The notes under the pieces: model-generated | Database searches by the model: none | What the model was told of the DNA's origin: nothing | What the model saw: the letters and a program-made list of their open reading frames with translations, nothing else | In this document: positions 10,434 through 21,385 of the stretch, one piece after another | Layout: the number at the start of each line of letters is the position of its first letter | Numbering within the stretch: the stretch's first letter is position 1 | Position numbers and translations under genes: made by a program | From: an uncultured delta proteobacterium | GTDB taxonomy: Bacteria; Desulfobacterota; Syntrophia; Syntrophales; Smithellaceae | DNA: 64,000 bases | Direction of reading: 5' to 3' | Assembly: GCA_963845095.1 (NCBI GenBank) | Contig: CAWJQM010000019.1 | Span: 53,316-117,315, forward strand

Positions 10434-11582
10434 ATGGCCACAATTTTACTAATTTTGTTTTACCTTCTCTTCCCTGTTGCAGCCATTTATTGGGCAGGAA
10501 AAAGTTCCATTGCCAACAGACTCGGCGCGGTCGTTATCTGCTACATCGCCGGGATAGTTATAGGCAATATAGGAGTACTTCCCGCAAATCTCGCCCCTGT
10601 GCAGAATCCCCTGATGCTGGTTGCCATCAGTCTGGCGCTCCCGTTGATGTTTTTCTCCATTGATGTCCGTCGCTGGAGCAGACTGGCGGGAAAATCGCTA
10701 CTCTCCTTTGGACTGCAAATCTTGGCGATACTGATAGTCTCAACCCTGGGTTTTTTCATCTTCCGCGGCTGGGTGGGTGCAGAGACATGGAAGCTGTCCG
10801 GCATGTTTGTGGGAGTGTACACCGGTGGTACGCTGAACCTTGGTGCAATAGCCATGGCATTGCGCACTGATCAGACGCTGTACCTTGCTGCGCACACTTC
10901 AGACGTCCTGGTTAGTTCGGTATACCTGCTGTTTTTGATGACAATCGGACAGCGGATTCTGCTTAATTTCTTGCCGCCCTTCCAACCTGCCGAATCCGCG
11001 GCAGTGGATAAGGACACTGACTTCGATTCCTACGCCGGTATATTCGAAAAGAAAAAAATCGTCCCGCTTATGGCTGCCCTGGGCATTTCGGTACTAATTT
11101 TTGTCGCCGGCGGCTTATTTTTTCTGATATTGAACGAGGACATGGCATTTGTCGCCGCTATTCTCACCATTTCGACACTGGGCATCGCTTGCTCGTTTGT
11201 TCCGGCAATCAGGAATATCCAGATGACTTATCAACTGGGGAATTACTTCATCCTGATATTCTGTCTGGTCGTGAGCTCCATGGCGGATTTCAACCGCCTC
11301 GTGTCCACTGCCCCGGTCATGCTGGCCTATGTGACGTTCACGGTTTTTGCCTGCCTCCTGCTGCATGTTGCGCTGGCAAAAATATTCCGAATTGATGCCG
11401 ATACGGTCATTATAACATCCGTTGCGGGCATTTGCTCACCCCCTCTCGTTCCTATGGTTGCTTCAGCGCTGAAGAACAAGGAAATAATCATTTCCGGGGT
11501 CATTACAGGCATCATCGGCTGGGTGGTGGGAACATATCTCGGGATAACCATGGCCTATATCCTGCGCGGGTTGGGCGGTTGA
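10434..11582 (+). CDS. DUF819 family membrane protein
   Basis: About 11 TM segments, GVYTGGTLN and ITSVAGICSPP motifs. Confidence 0.8.
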   Translation: MATILLILFYLLFPVAAIYWAGKSSIANRLGAVVICYIAGIVIGNIGVLPANLAPVQNPLMLVAISLALPLMFFSIDVRRWSRLAGKSLLSFGLQILAILIVSTLGFFIFRGWVGAETWKLSGMFVGVYTGGTLNLGAIAMALRTDQTLYLAAHTSDVLVSSVYLLFLMTIGQRILLNFLPPFQPAESAAVDKDTDFDSYAGIFEKKKIVPLMAALGISVLIFVAGGLFFLILNEDMAFVAAILTISTLGIACSFVPAIRNIQMTYQLGNYFILIFCLVVSSMADFNRLVSTAPVMLAYVTFTVFACLLLHVALAKIFRIDADTVIITSVAGICSPPLVPMVASALKNKEIIISGVITGIIGWVVGTYLGITMAYILRGLGG

Positions 11583-11751
11583 TCTATCGGAAAAAACAGA
11601 GAAAGCGCAGTAAATACTTAACCACCGGTATTTGTCGGTCCCAATCTTTCCCAAGTTTTGACAGAAAAAATTATGTTGATTACAGACGCTCTTGCGGGGC
11701 CTATCTCACTGGACTAAAACAGACGAGGGTATCCGCGACGGCGAAAAAAGG

Positions 11752-11944
11752 GGAAAATGCAGACTGCTTCTTTTTGTCTGCGGGATTTCCAATTGATGCC
11801 GGGGAAAAGATAACTCTTTCCCCCGGTCAGAAGTTATAGGCAGCGGGGTCAAATATTATCGACCCCGCTGTGTCACGATGTTATGTCTGGCTGCGTTCAG
11901 ATGATAATGCAGCCGGCAAAGTTAGCCAGATGATTCGATCTGGC
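11752..11944. other. Cluster of five consecutive hairpins between convergent genes
   Basis: Stems at 11759-11781, 11799-11826, 11841-11870 (perfect 10 bp), 11887-11916 and 11925-11944. Confidence 0.75.
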
Positions 11945-11945
11945 A

Positions 11946-13576
11946 TCATTCAATCTCTTCTTTGTCGAGGATCAGGCGGGCGGCGCGCCAGCCGTTGATC
12001 TGGCATGATCCCACGCCGTGCCAGGCCTGTGTCCAGTTGCTGGTGATGAATACGTTGGCAATGGGCGTCGTGTTGGGCATTTTTTCCCATTGATCCGGCG
12101 TAATCTCGAAGCCGTAAACAACACCCCCCTTATTCATGGTGTACCGTTCAAGCGTGCGGGGTGTGTACCCTTCTTTAATAATAATGTTCTTCGGGTCCTT
12201 GAGTTCAGGTATTACATTGGACGCGAGTGCGATGAGTTCGTCCATCTTTTGTTCCTTCATCTTTTCATAGGACGTCCGATCCTTGGGCCAGACGGAAATG
12301 TCGGAGTAGGCGTCGAGTTTAACCACCGACTTGCCTTTGGGTGCGTAAATGGGGTCGTTGAGGTTGGAGTAAACGGTGATGGATACGGCCCCTTCCCGAA
12401 GTCACCCGTCATCATGGCGTCGTAATTTTTTGCACTGTCACGGTAAGTATTGAAAAATATTTCGGTATCGTGAAAACCGCGCGCTTTGAGGTCAACGCCC
12501 AGCCCCAGATAGACCCCGAACAGGGAATTTCCCGGCTTCATTGATTCCAGTTTTTTGATATAGGCATCGGACATGTTATCCTTGCCGATCAGTTTATAGG
12601 CCAACTGGTAGGGGTCTGTATTGGCAACGATGTAACGGGCGGTATATTTCTGGCCGGTTGCCGTCCGGACACCGGTCGCCACGCCGTCTTCCAGAATAAT
12701 TTTCGTGACGAGCGTATTGGTTTTTATTGTTCCGCCCAGTTCCCGGATGCGTGCGGCATAACCGTCGGCAAGCGCCTGCGAGGTGCCCTTTACATGCCAG
12801 GCGCCGTCGCTCAAATAGCTCTCCGTTGCGGCCATGAAGATCAGCGCCGATTGTTTTTCGACCGGTGCGCCGTAATAGACCCAGAGCTGGGAAACCACCG
12901 CTTTGAGGTCTTCATTCTTAAAACAAAGATCCATGAGGTCTTTTACGGTTCGGTCCTTCCATGTATAGAAGGTGTTCTGCCTCAGCGGCACCATCATCCT
13001 CGTCAATGTCCCGCGCACAGCGCCGTAGCGGAAGATGTCTTTAATCTCCAACATATCTCCGAACACAGCAGCGCAGAGTTTATGGAGTTTGTCTATGCCT
13101 TCGGCTTCTTCGGGCCATTTTTTCTTCAGTTCGTTTTTAAATCCCTCCCAGTTCGGAGGCAGGGTAATGTCCACACCGGGGAAAACTGCGCGGTAAAAAT
13201 CAGGGACTTCGTAAAGTTCTATCTTTTTGTCCACACCGGTGGTCTTGAGGAGCTGGAACAGTCCGCGGTCAAGCTTGCCGGGACCGCCGCCGGCCATTTC
13301 GTGGAGCGCCGTGTCAAAGACGAACTCACCGCGCCGGAACAAAGAAGTGCTGCCTCCTACGACGTTGTGTTTTTCCAGAACCAGCACCTTTTGCCCTTTC
13401 ACGGCCAGGTGCGCTGCGGCAGAAAGCCCCCCCATTCCCGCGCCGATGACGATCACGTCATAATCTGTTTTCTGTGCCGGCAGATTTTTCGTTGTGCAGC
13501 CAAAGAGGCTGGCGACCATTAGGGTCAGGAGGATAATCAGTAAAATGCATTTTGGGGTTTTGTGTTTTTGATTCAT
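11946..13576 (-). CDS. Phytoene desaturase / retinol saturase-like FAD oxidoreductase with a lipoprotein signal, one frameshift near 12390
   Basis: MNQKHK...LMVASLFGC lipobox; GAGMGG Rossmann motif; VGG..S.FRRGEFVFD; C-terminal TPRTLERYT..GGVVYG in ORF 11946-12326. Confidence 0.85.
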
Positions 13577-13781
13577 GAGGTGCCTCCGCTCGAAAAGTTT
13601 GGGCGAATAATTGCACAGATCGGGACTGCTTGTCAAGTTAGTGGAATTTCTGTCAAGGTAAACGAAAGAGTATTGCACGCAGGGTAAATTGAGGAGTATA
13701 TTCGGGCAACTTTTCATGCCATTGTTACGGCAAAACTTTTTCAGAAAAAGTGCTGTAAATAGAAAACCACCGGTACTTTAT

Positions 13782-14237
13782 ATGACAAAAATACTGATCA
13801 TCTATCATTCTCAGACCGGCCGCACCCGGCAAATGGCGCAGGCTGTTGCCGCCGGTGCGAAATCCATTGAAAACACGGAAGTCATTTTAAAGAAAGCCGG
13901 GGAGGCAACGCTGGCTGATCTGTTGGCCTGCAGTGGTCTGGCCATCGGCACGCCGGAAAATTTCGGTTATATGTCCGGCATGGTTAAGGATTTTTTTGAC
14001 CGCACCTATAACGGGGCGCAGGATAAGGTTTTTCGCAAACCTTATGTAGTCTTCATCAGCGCCGGCAATGACGGCACCGGAGCACTGCGCGCCATCGAGC
14101 GCATCGCCCTGGGCTACAAACTCAAGAACGTTTTCACTCCTGTTCTTGCCCAGGGGGAAATAACCCCGGAAATTCTTGAAAAATGCCGCGAACTGGGCGG
14201 GACATTGGCCGGCGGGTGTGCGATGGGAATATATTAA
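13782..14237 (+). CDS. Flavodoxin / WrbA-like protein
   Basis: SQTGRT FMN loop, GTPENFGYMSG. Confidence 0.88.
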   Translation: MTKILIIYHSQTGRTRQMAQAVAAGAKSIENTEVILKKAGEATLADLLACSGLAIGTPENFGYMSGMVKDFFDRTYNGAQDKVFRKPYVVFISAGNDGTGALRAIERIALGYKLKNVFTPVLAQGEITPEILEKCRELGGTLAGGCAMGIY

Positions 14238-14353
14238 GGCCTAATGAAGCGGCACCGGGGAAGACGGGGGGACTCCGTTTCCTTTTTGACTATTCCTATC
14301 ATTGATGCCCCCCTGAAATTAAACCGAAAAATTTTTCCCTCTCAGGAGGTTCT

Positions 14354-15625
14354 ATGTGTGATACCTGCGGAATCGGTCCGGAACTTACCGGCTCCGGCAT
14401 CAGCATCTTTGGAAAGAACTCCGACCGGGAGGCTGACGAAACCCAGCTTATCCAGTCCGTTCCGGCCCAAAGTTATCCGGCAAATGCAGTTCTGCAATGC
14501 ACCTATATTGCAATTCCTCAGGCAGGCTCTACTTATGCGATGGTTATATCCAAGCCTTTCTGGCTCTGGGGAGCGGAAATGGGCGTAAACGAAAAAGGCG
14601 TGGTCATCGGCAACGAAGCCCTATTCACCAGAGTCAAGCCGGAGAAAACTCCGGGGCTCATCGGTATGGATCTTTTGCGGCTGGCCCTGGAGCGGGGCGC
14701 CAGTGCCGAAGAAGCGGCGCAGATTATTATTGAATTGCTGAAGAGATATGGGCAGGCGGGCGCGTGCGGCTATCGCGACAAAAAATTCAACTACATGAAC
14801 TCTTTTATCATTATGGACAGGCGCGGCATCATCAAACTGGAAACGGCAGGCAGAGACTATGCGCTGCAGCGCCTGGGCGGTTACGCGGTGATCTCCAACG
14901 GGATCACCATTGCCGAGGACTGGGACTCATCATCACTGGCCACGGGTAAGGATTTCAGCAAATTTAGCGATCCCCTGATCACGTTTTTTGCGGGCAGCGC
15001 TTTTCGCCGGGATCGCAACCAGGCGTCAATTCTGAAGGCCAAAGGCGCTATTTGCGCCGCTGATGTGTTTGCCCTGCTGAGAGACCATTTCGCTTCTCTG
15101 CCGGCAACAGGCTTCAATCGCGACGTCTGCATGCATGCGTCCGACCCGCTGATCAGAAAGTCGCAGACAACGGGCTCTCTGGTTGTGGAATTGCACCCGG
15201 ATGAAAGATTCAGGATATTCGTCACCGGGGGATCCGCGCCCTGCCTGACTGCCTTCAAACCTTTTATACCTGCTGCGCCTCTTCGTGATCTCGGGGTAGG
15301 GGCAGGCTATTATTCTCATCAATCATACTGGTGGAGGCATGAAGCTTATCACATCAACGCGGTCTTACGCTATGAGACAGTCCGGCCCCTGGTTCAAAAA
15401 TACATTCTGGAAGGAGAATCTTCCTGGACTAAAAGCCTTCCCGCTCATTTATGGGAAAGCGCAGAGCCTGATCTGAGGGAGATTTCGCAGGAAGCATTCC
15501 GGGAGTCGGAAGACAGGGAAAAAGCCATGCTGGAGCGGATGAAAGACATAACCAAGACTTCCTCGCTTCTTGCGTCCTGGTTCTGGTCACGGATGGCCCG
15601 CCGGTCGGGAGTTCCTTTGATATGA
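14354..15625 (+). CDS. Peptidase C69 / secernin-like Ntn hydrolase
   Basis: MCDT start, GKNSDR, WGAEMGVNEKGV.IGNEA, GMDLLRLALER. Confidence 0.9.
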   Translation: MCDTCGIGPELTGSGISIFGKNSDREADETQLIQSVPAQSYPANAVLQCTYIAIPQAGSTYAMVISKPFWLWGAEMGVNEKGVVIGNEALFTRVKPEKTPGLIGMDLLRLALERGASAEEAAQIIIELLKRYGQAGACGYRDKKFNYMNSFIIMDRRGIIKLETAGRDYALQRLGGYAVISNGITIAEDWDSSSLATGKDFSKFSDPLITFFAGSAFRRDRNQASILKAKGAICAADVFALLRDHFASLPATGFNRDVCMHASDPLIRKSQTTGSLVVELHPDERFRIFVTGGSAPCLTAFKPFIPAAPLRDLGVGAGYYSHQSYWWRHEAYHINAVLRYETVRPLVQKYILEGESSWTKSLPAHLWESAEPDLREISQEAFRESEDREKAMLERMKDITKTSSLLASWFWSRMARRSGVPLI

Positions 15626-15788
15626 TCTATGAGCGGAGCGCAATTTCCCCCGCCCGCGATTTACCGGACTGCCTCTTCTGAAGACATCAAGAAGGGTCGC
15701 CTCTACCGTTTGCCCGGTCAAAATCATCTTGACCGGCAGGTTCCTTTTTTGTATACACGCCGCCAAACCTAAAGGAACTGCTGCTTCA

Positions 15789-16322
15789 ATGACACAAGCA
15801 AAGAACAAATTAAAGCCGGTCGCCCGGAGAAGTATTTCCAATCCCGGCGCACCTGCCGATGGTCGCCGCACTCAGGTGCGCGAATCAGGCATCCACGGCA
15901 AAGGAGTCTACGCCATCCGGCCGATCAAAGCCGGCGACAGGGTGCTGGAGTACAAAGGCAGGATCATTACCTGGCGCAAAGCGCAGGCCCTTCACCCCCA
16001 CGACCCCAGTCAGCCCAATCACACCTTCTATTTCCACCTGGACGACGGGCACGTCATTGATGCCAGGCAGAATGGCAACTCCGCCCGCTGGATCAATCAC
16101 GCCTGCGATCCCAATCTGGAAGCCCGGCAGGAAGGCTCCCGCGTCTTCCTGGATGCTCTGCGCGATATCGACATTGGCGAGGAACTCTTCTACGATTACA
16201 GCCTGATGATCGAAGGCCGCAAGACCGCCAGGATCAAGCAGGAATATGCCTGCCTGTGCGGCGCAAATATCTGCCGGGGCACGATGCTGGACATAACAAA
16301 GAGGATCAAGGCCCGAGGCTGA
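15789..16322 (+). CDS. SET-domain protein-lysine methyltransferase
   Basis: GIHGKGVYA, ARWINHACDPN, EELFYDY, post-SET CLCGANICRG; RBS AAAGGA. Confidence 0.93.
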   Translation: MTQAKNKLKPVARRSISNPGAPADGRRTQVRESGIHGKGVYAIRPIKAGDRVLEYKGRIITWRKAQALHPHDPSQPNHTFYFHLDDGHVIDARQNGNSARWINHACDPNLEARQEGSRVFLDALRDIDIGEELFYDYSLMIEGRKTARIKQEYACLCGANICRGTMLDITKRIKARG

Positions 16323-16423
16323 AAGGAAAAGGGAATAAAAAAAGTTGCAATCTTCAAGCTCCCCCTCACTAACAACGTGATGTTGGCGCGAAAGAAATTC
16401 AGGGGAGATTTTGGAATGTGTTT

Positions 16424-16516
16424 AAAATCCTCCCTGGCCCTCCTTTAAAAAGGAGGGAATCAGCAGTCGTTCCAATTTTTTCCCCCTTTGGAAAAGGGGG
16501 ATGGAAGAGGGATTTT
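16424..16516. repeat. REP-like palindromic cluster (CCCTCCTTT..AAAGGAGGG / CCCCCTTT..AAAGGGGG family), copy 1
   Basis: Two hairpin units also found at 46050-46127 and 59848-59982. Confidence 0.85.
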
Positions 16517-16545
16517 CGAATGTGTGCTTCTTCACCTTTCTTTTG

Positions 16546-17504
16546 CTAAAGGAGAAGTTTTCCCTTGGTTCTTCGGGAGCGGATACATTCGGAAAACATC
16601 CGGGGAAGAGGCGCCCGAATAATCATTTCTTTTTTGCTCCGCGGGTGTAAAAAAGCCAGCCGGGCAGCATGCAAGGCCTGCCGAGGCAGGATCAGGCGCT
16701 CCGCCAGTTCAGCGGTAAGGCCGTGCTGAATAAATTTGAGAAAGGCGGATTCGTCCTGACCGTAGAGCTTATCGCCGACAATCGGATAACCTGCAGCCAG
16801 CAGGTGGGCGCGTATCTGATGAAGCCTCCCCGTTTCGGGGAAACACCGAACAAGCGAAATGTCACCGGCATTTATTATTTTCCGAAAGCGCGTCAACGCC
16901 CTTTCGGTTCCCCCTGGCCACGCCTTGCGTTTCTTACTTACAGCGGACTTCGCATCCCGGCCTAAAGGCAAATCGACGATTAATTCGCCTGCGGGGAAAT
17001 TTCCGTGCACCAGGGTCGAGATACTCCTTTGACCCTTGCGCCAGCGATGCGGCCAGACTCGCAGTGCTTTTTCCATCGAAGGCCAGCAATATTACTCCCG
17101 ATGTTTCCCGGTCGATACGGTGCACCGGATATACCTTGCGCCCGCAACGTTCAGTCAGCATGGCAACAAGTGTATTGTGAGAAATACCGTCCCGCCGCGT
17201 GAACCGGCAAATTCCCCGGCTTGTTGACAGCGATAAACCATTCATCCTCGTAGAGTACTGGTATCCGGTCATCGACTTCCGGTTCCACTATGCGGCTTCC
17301 ATCCCAGGCCAGCATTTCACCGCCTTTTAGCGCTGCCGCGGGATCGAAGGCAGGCATGCCGTCCAGCGACAGCTTGCCTTCCAGAATCTCCTTTCTCCAT
17401 AGTTCCTCTGTCAGATAGGTGAAGCGATAGGATAAATAGCTGTCCAGCCGCTGGGCTTCATGAAGAGGCGGAACACGCGATGTTATAATTCTTTTTCGTG
17501 TCAT
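16546..17504 (-). CDS. RluA/RluD family pseudouridine synthase, two frameshifts
   Basis: S4-like RLDSYL, VNKPGNLPVH, HRIDRETSG, TGRLHQIRAH, GDKLYG, QALHA across three frames. Confidence 0.9.
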
Positions 17505-17540
17505 AGGTAGAAAAGGGGATGCCTTGTTAAGCCGGATATA

Positions 17541-17586
17541 GACAACTTTTGTGAAAATCAATTTTAAAAGTTGTCTGCAAGTTGTC
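17541..17586 (-). promoter_or_regulatory. Three-box operator/promoter, copy A
   Basis: GACAACTT..AAGTTGTC..AAGTTGTC; 38/46 identical to 19226-19271; minus strand TTGACA-16-TAAAAT. Confidence 0.7.
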
Positions 17587-19202
17587 AACTATGCCGTGAG
17601 CGCGTTCTAATCATGAACAGAATATTTTCATTATCGGCGTTCTTAATCGTAAGTTTAATGTCCTGGTGACCGGTCTGCCAAACGCGGAAGACTTCGTCGG
17701 CAAAGGCCTGGCCTATGGTTTGCCACATTATGGAAGTCAAACTCGACGGTTTGAAATTTATCCAGCCCCGCCAGAATTCTGCGGGCCTGCAACCGGGACG
17801 ACTAATCGCGAAACATATGATTACAGACTTTTTCACCTGGTGATGCAAAGCTATCTGTTTTCCTTTTGAACTGCAAAGACTCGTCGGTGTATTGATTGGA
17901 AAGATCGGAAAGAATATTTTTTGACTTCAGACCCAGGACAAAATCAACTTTTGTTCCCTTCGAGGATTGAACATCTTTTATGTAAATATCCTGACCGACG
18001 TTGTCGAAAACAACCTTTTTCCCGAAGCTTTTAATAGTCAGAAAATCGGCGATCTTTGACGTAAAGAATATTCCCTCACCGCTGTGCGCCTCCGGCGCTG
18101 TGGTTTCTTTGCCTTTGAGCAGATCACTGAATGGCATCCATCGTCGAGGCCAGCCGTGCGATTATCTGATATTATTAAAAATAAGAAACTCGCGATCCGC
18201 GACACATGAAGTCGGATATCCTTTGCTGTTTTTGTGATAAGAACTTTAGTTTTATACGACTCGGATTGATCAATAGTGTTGTTTAGCATTTTGGTTATAG
18301 GGCAAACAATGACTGAATACTCGGTTTCAGTTGTATCCTTCGAAAAGATTGGAAGCAATTCATCGTAGCTCCGATCTACATCGACCCCATCGCGAGCCAG
18401 ACTCGATTTACATTAGAGATAATCCGGCTTCGTTCTGTATTGTTTTGCATCTTCATCTGCAATTCGTTTAAGCACCATCAATTGCGACCAACTTGAATTG
18501 AAAACATTTCTTGTGCCGTCTATTTTCCCTCAACGAGTGAAAAAACTTATCAGTCCAAATACCTGCTTTACATAGACTTGGACTATCTCGTCCTTTACCG
18601 TAAATTGTGCGACCGATGAAACTTGCCGTTTTCGTGTGCCAGTAAATTGGGGCTGATTACCTTTTGGATCTTTTATTTCTTTGTCTCTACTTGGCCTCGT
18701 CATGTCTTCGTAAATTAGAACCCTTTTCATTTTCTCTGATATTATTAAAAATACCAACCCCACGATCCGCAACACTAAAGCGGACATCGGTTGCTGTTTT
18801 TGTAACAAGAACATCAATTTTATCCGACTCGGAATGTTCAATAGCGTTGTTGAGCATTTCGGTAAAGGCGTAATCGATGATGGAAGAAACATTGCCGGGC
18901 AGCTTTTGAAAGATGGAGCTTTCCTCCTTGATCAGGCCAAGCACCTTATCTTCGGCCAGATCCTTGTTGGTGATTATCTTTCTCACTCTGGATGGTTTGG
19001 CCGCAGCCGCTCCTCTTTTTGCAGCGAGGACATAATGTGCCTGGTTGGCCTTGCCCAGCCGGACTATCTTCCCCTCTGCGGCCAGATTTTTTAGAAACAT
19101 CTGCGCGTGGGCCCTGGAAAACCCCGTTTTACCAACAACATCGGCCGTTGTGACCAGGCCCTTGGTCTTCAGGAAATTAAATATGATATCTTTCATATCC
19201 AT
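17585..19202 (-). pseudogene. HTH - HATPase - STAS-like DUF4325 protein, disrupted and with an internal degenerate duplication
   Basis: wHTH N-terminus, FTEMLNNAIEHS..DRGVGIF, LLKGKETTAPEAHSGEGIFFTSK, GQAFADEVFRV in successive frames. Confidence 0.8.
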
Positions 19203-19225
19203 CGGTTTCTCCGTTAATCATTGTT

Positions 19226-19271
19226 GACAACTTTATTGTAAACTAATTTTGAAAGTTGTCAACAAGTTGTC
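19226..19271 (-). promoter_or_regulatory. Three-box operator/promoter, copy B, upstream of the HTH-HATPase gene
   Basis: Same three boxes as copy A; minus strand TTGACA-16-TACAAT about 30 nt before the ATG. Confidence 0.75.
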
Positions 19272-19293
19272 TACAATTATGGGTAATAAGGGA

Positions 19294-19446
19294 GCTGTTT
19301 AAAAATGTTCAGGTGCAAGAAGCGCGAAGCCGGAGGAGAGAGGCGTACTGTTCGCGTACGTCGCAACGACGAAGGCTGAAGAGCAACGTAACCTGATAAC
19401 CTAAAGGTCACGCGAGGCATAAACGCGATGAGCGGTTTTCAACAGC
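19294..19446. mobile_element. MITE-like element family A, copy 1 (supplies the mnmG stop codon)
   Basis: Terminal IR GCTGTTTAAAA / TTTTCAACAGC; internal sequence aligns with 61637-61767. Confidence 0.75.
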
Positions 19447-21310
19447 CACTCAGTTCCCGCTTTTTCATCATGATCAGTACGGCGGAGATGGCGCCTTCGG
19501 TCATGCCGGGGATGCGCTCCATCTGGCCGATGGTGGCGGGCGCGATGCGGGTGAGCTTGGCCTGAAGCTCGTTGGAAAGGCCGGGGACGGTCGAATAATC
19601 AAAGTCCGGCGGAATTTTCATTTTTTCCTGGTCTTTTAATTTTTTCGTCGCTTCGAACTGGCGCTTGATGTAGCCCTCATACTTGATTTCTATCTCCATC
19701 TGCTTTTTGACAAAGGGATCGGCTTCGGGCTCCCAGCCGGGGAAGCAGGCCAGATCATCATAAGCAATTTCATAACGTTTCAGCAGCGCATAAAGCGTGG
19801 TATGGCTGGTCAGGGCTGGCGAGTTGATCTTTGTCAATGCTTCGTTTATCTCCGGCAGGGGTTTGACCGGTGTTGCTTTCAGACGGGCAATGCCCCGCTC
19901 AATCCGGTTCATTTTATCCTGAAGATCCAGATAATGTGCGCGGTCAATCAAGCCTAATTCATATCCTTTGCCCATCAGACGGATGGTTGCATTATCTTCG
20001 CGCAGAATCAGCCGGTACTCGGCGCGCGAGGTAAACATGCGATAAGGTTCATCAACACCACGGGTAACAAGATCATCAATGAGAACGGCCATATAGGCCT
20101 CGGAGCGGTCGAGAATAAACGGCGGAGCCCCGCGGAGCGCCTGAACGGCGTTAATTCCCGCCCAAAGGCCCTGCGCCGCCGCTTCTTCGTAACCGGAAGT
20201 GCCGTTGATCTGCCCGGCCAGATATAAGCCGCAACAAAGCTTGGTTTCCAAGGTCGGTTTCAACTGCGTTGGTTGAACAAAATCATATTCAATAGCGTAA
20301 GCCGGACGCATAATTTCGGCCTGCTCCAGTCCTTTAACACTATTGACTATTTTTTGCTGCAACTCCAGCGGCAGGCTGTTGCCTAATCCCTTGGCGTATA
20401 TCTCTTCTGTTTCCAGCCCTTCGTGCTCGAGCACCACAGGATGTGATTCGCGCTCGCGAAATCTCATCACTTTATCTTCCAGAGAAGGGCAGTAGCGGGC
20501 GCCGATTCCTTTAATTGTTCCCGAATAAAGCGGCGAATGACAGATGTTCTCGCGGATCAGGCGGTGCGTTTCGGCAGACGTTGCCGAAAAATAGGAAGGC
20601 AGACGCTCCGGACGCAATTGATCTGTGGTGAAAGAAAACGGCTGCGGTTCCGGGTCACTATCCTGGCGCTGCAGACAGGAAAAATCAATTGTGGATGCCT
20701 TCAGGCGCGGCGGAGTTCCCGTCTTCATTCTGCCGGTTTCCAAGCCCAGATCCTTCAGGCAGGCGGCCAGGGTAATTGACGCCAGTTCTCCGGCCCGGCC
20801 GGAAGCAGTTTGCGATGTGCCGATATGGACAAGACCGTTCAAAAAGGTGCCGGTTGTTATAATCACTTTTTTTGCGGCATAGAAAAAACCCGTTTGATCC
20901 AGCACTCCCTTAATTTCTTTTCCTTCAATCACCAGCCGCTCCACCATGCCCTGCCGGATATGCAGATTCTGCTGCTTTTCGACAACGGCTTTCATGGCCA
21001 GCCGGTATTGTTGTTTATCGCACTGCATGCGGGATGAATGAACAGCGGGACCTTTCGAGGCATTGAGCAGCCGGAAATGCAGCGCCGTTTTATCGGCAAT
21101 TTTGCCCATCTCGCCGCCCAGAGCGTCAATTTCTTTGACGAGTTGACTCTTGGCCTGCCCGCCGATGGCCGGATTGCAGGACATGAGCGCAATGGAATCC
21201 AGGTTAATATTAAAAAGCAGTGTCTGGCAGCCCAGGCGTGAGCAGGCCAGAGCGGCTTCACAGCCGGCATGGCCGCCGCCCACTACTATAATGTCGTAAT
21301 TATCAGTCAA
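19439..21310 (-). CDS. mnmG: tRNA uridine-5-carboxymethylaminomethyl synthesis enzyme MnmG (GidA)
   Basis: VVGGGHAGCEAA, MSCNPAIGG, KTGTPPR, RYCPSLEDK, GQINGTSGYEEAAAQG; likely TTG start at 21310. Confidence 0.97.
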   Translation of the reverse strand: MTDNYDIIVVGGGHAGCEAALACSRLGCQTLLFNINLDSIALMSCNPAIGGQAKSQLVKEIDALGGEMGKIADKTALHFRLLNASKGPAVHSSRMQCDKQQYRLAMKAVVEKQQNLHIRQGMVERLVIEGKEIKGVLDQTGFFYAAKKVIITTGTFLNGLVHIGTSQTASGRAGELASITLAACLKDLGLETGRMKTGTPPRLKASTIDFSCLQRQDSDPEPQPFSFTTDQLRPERLPSYFSATSAETHRLIRENICHSPLYSGTIKGIGARYCPSLEDKVMRFRERESHPVVLEHEGLETEEIYAKGLGNSLPLELQQKIVNSVKGLEQAEIMRPAYAIEYDFVQPTQLKPTLETKLCCGLYLAGQINGTSGYEEAAAQGLWAGINAVQALRGAPPFILDRSEAYMAVLIDDLVTRGVDEPYRMFTSRAEYRLILREDNATIRLMGKGYELGLIDRAHYLDLQDKMNRIERGIARLKATPVKPLPEINEALTKINSPALTSHTTLYALLKRYEIAYDDLACFPGWEPEADPFVKKQMEIEIKYEGYIKRQFEATKKLKDQEKMKIPPDFDYSTVPGLSNELQAKLTRIAPATIGQMERIPGMTEGAISAVLIMMKKRELSGC

Positions 21311-21385
21311 TTGTTCCCCCAACAAACCAAAAGCTTGCCCTCGTATGAAATCAATAGTAAAAGCGGTTAATAATTCAGCCCGTCT

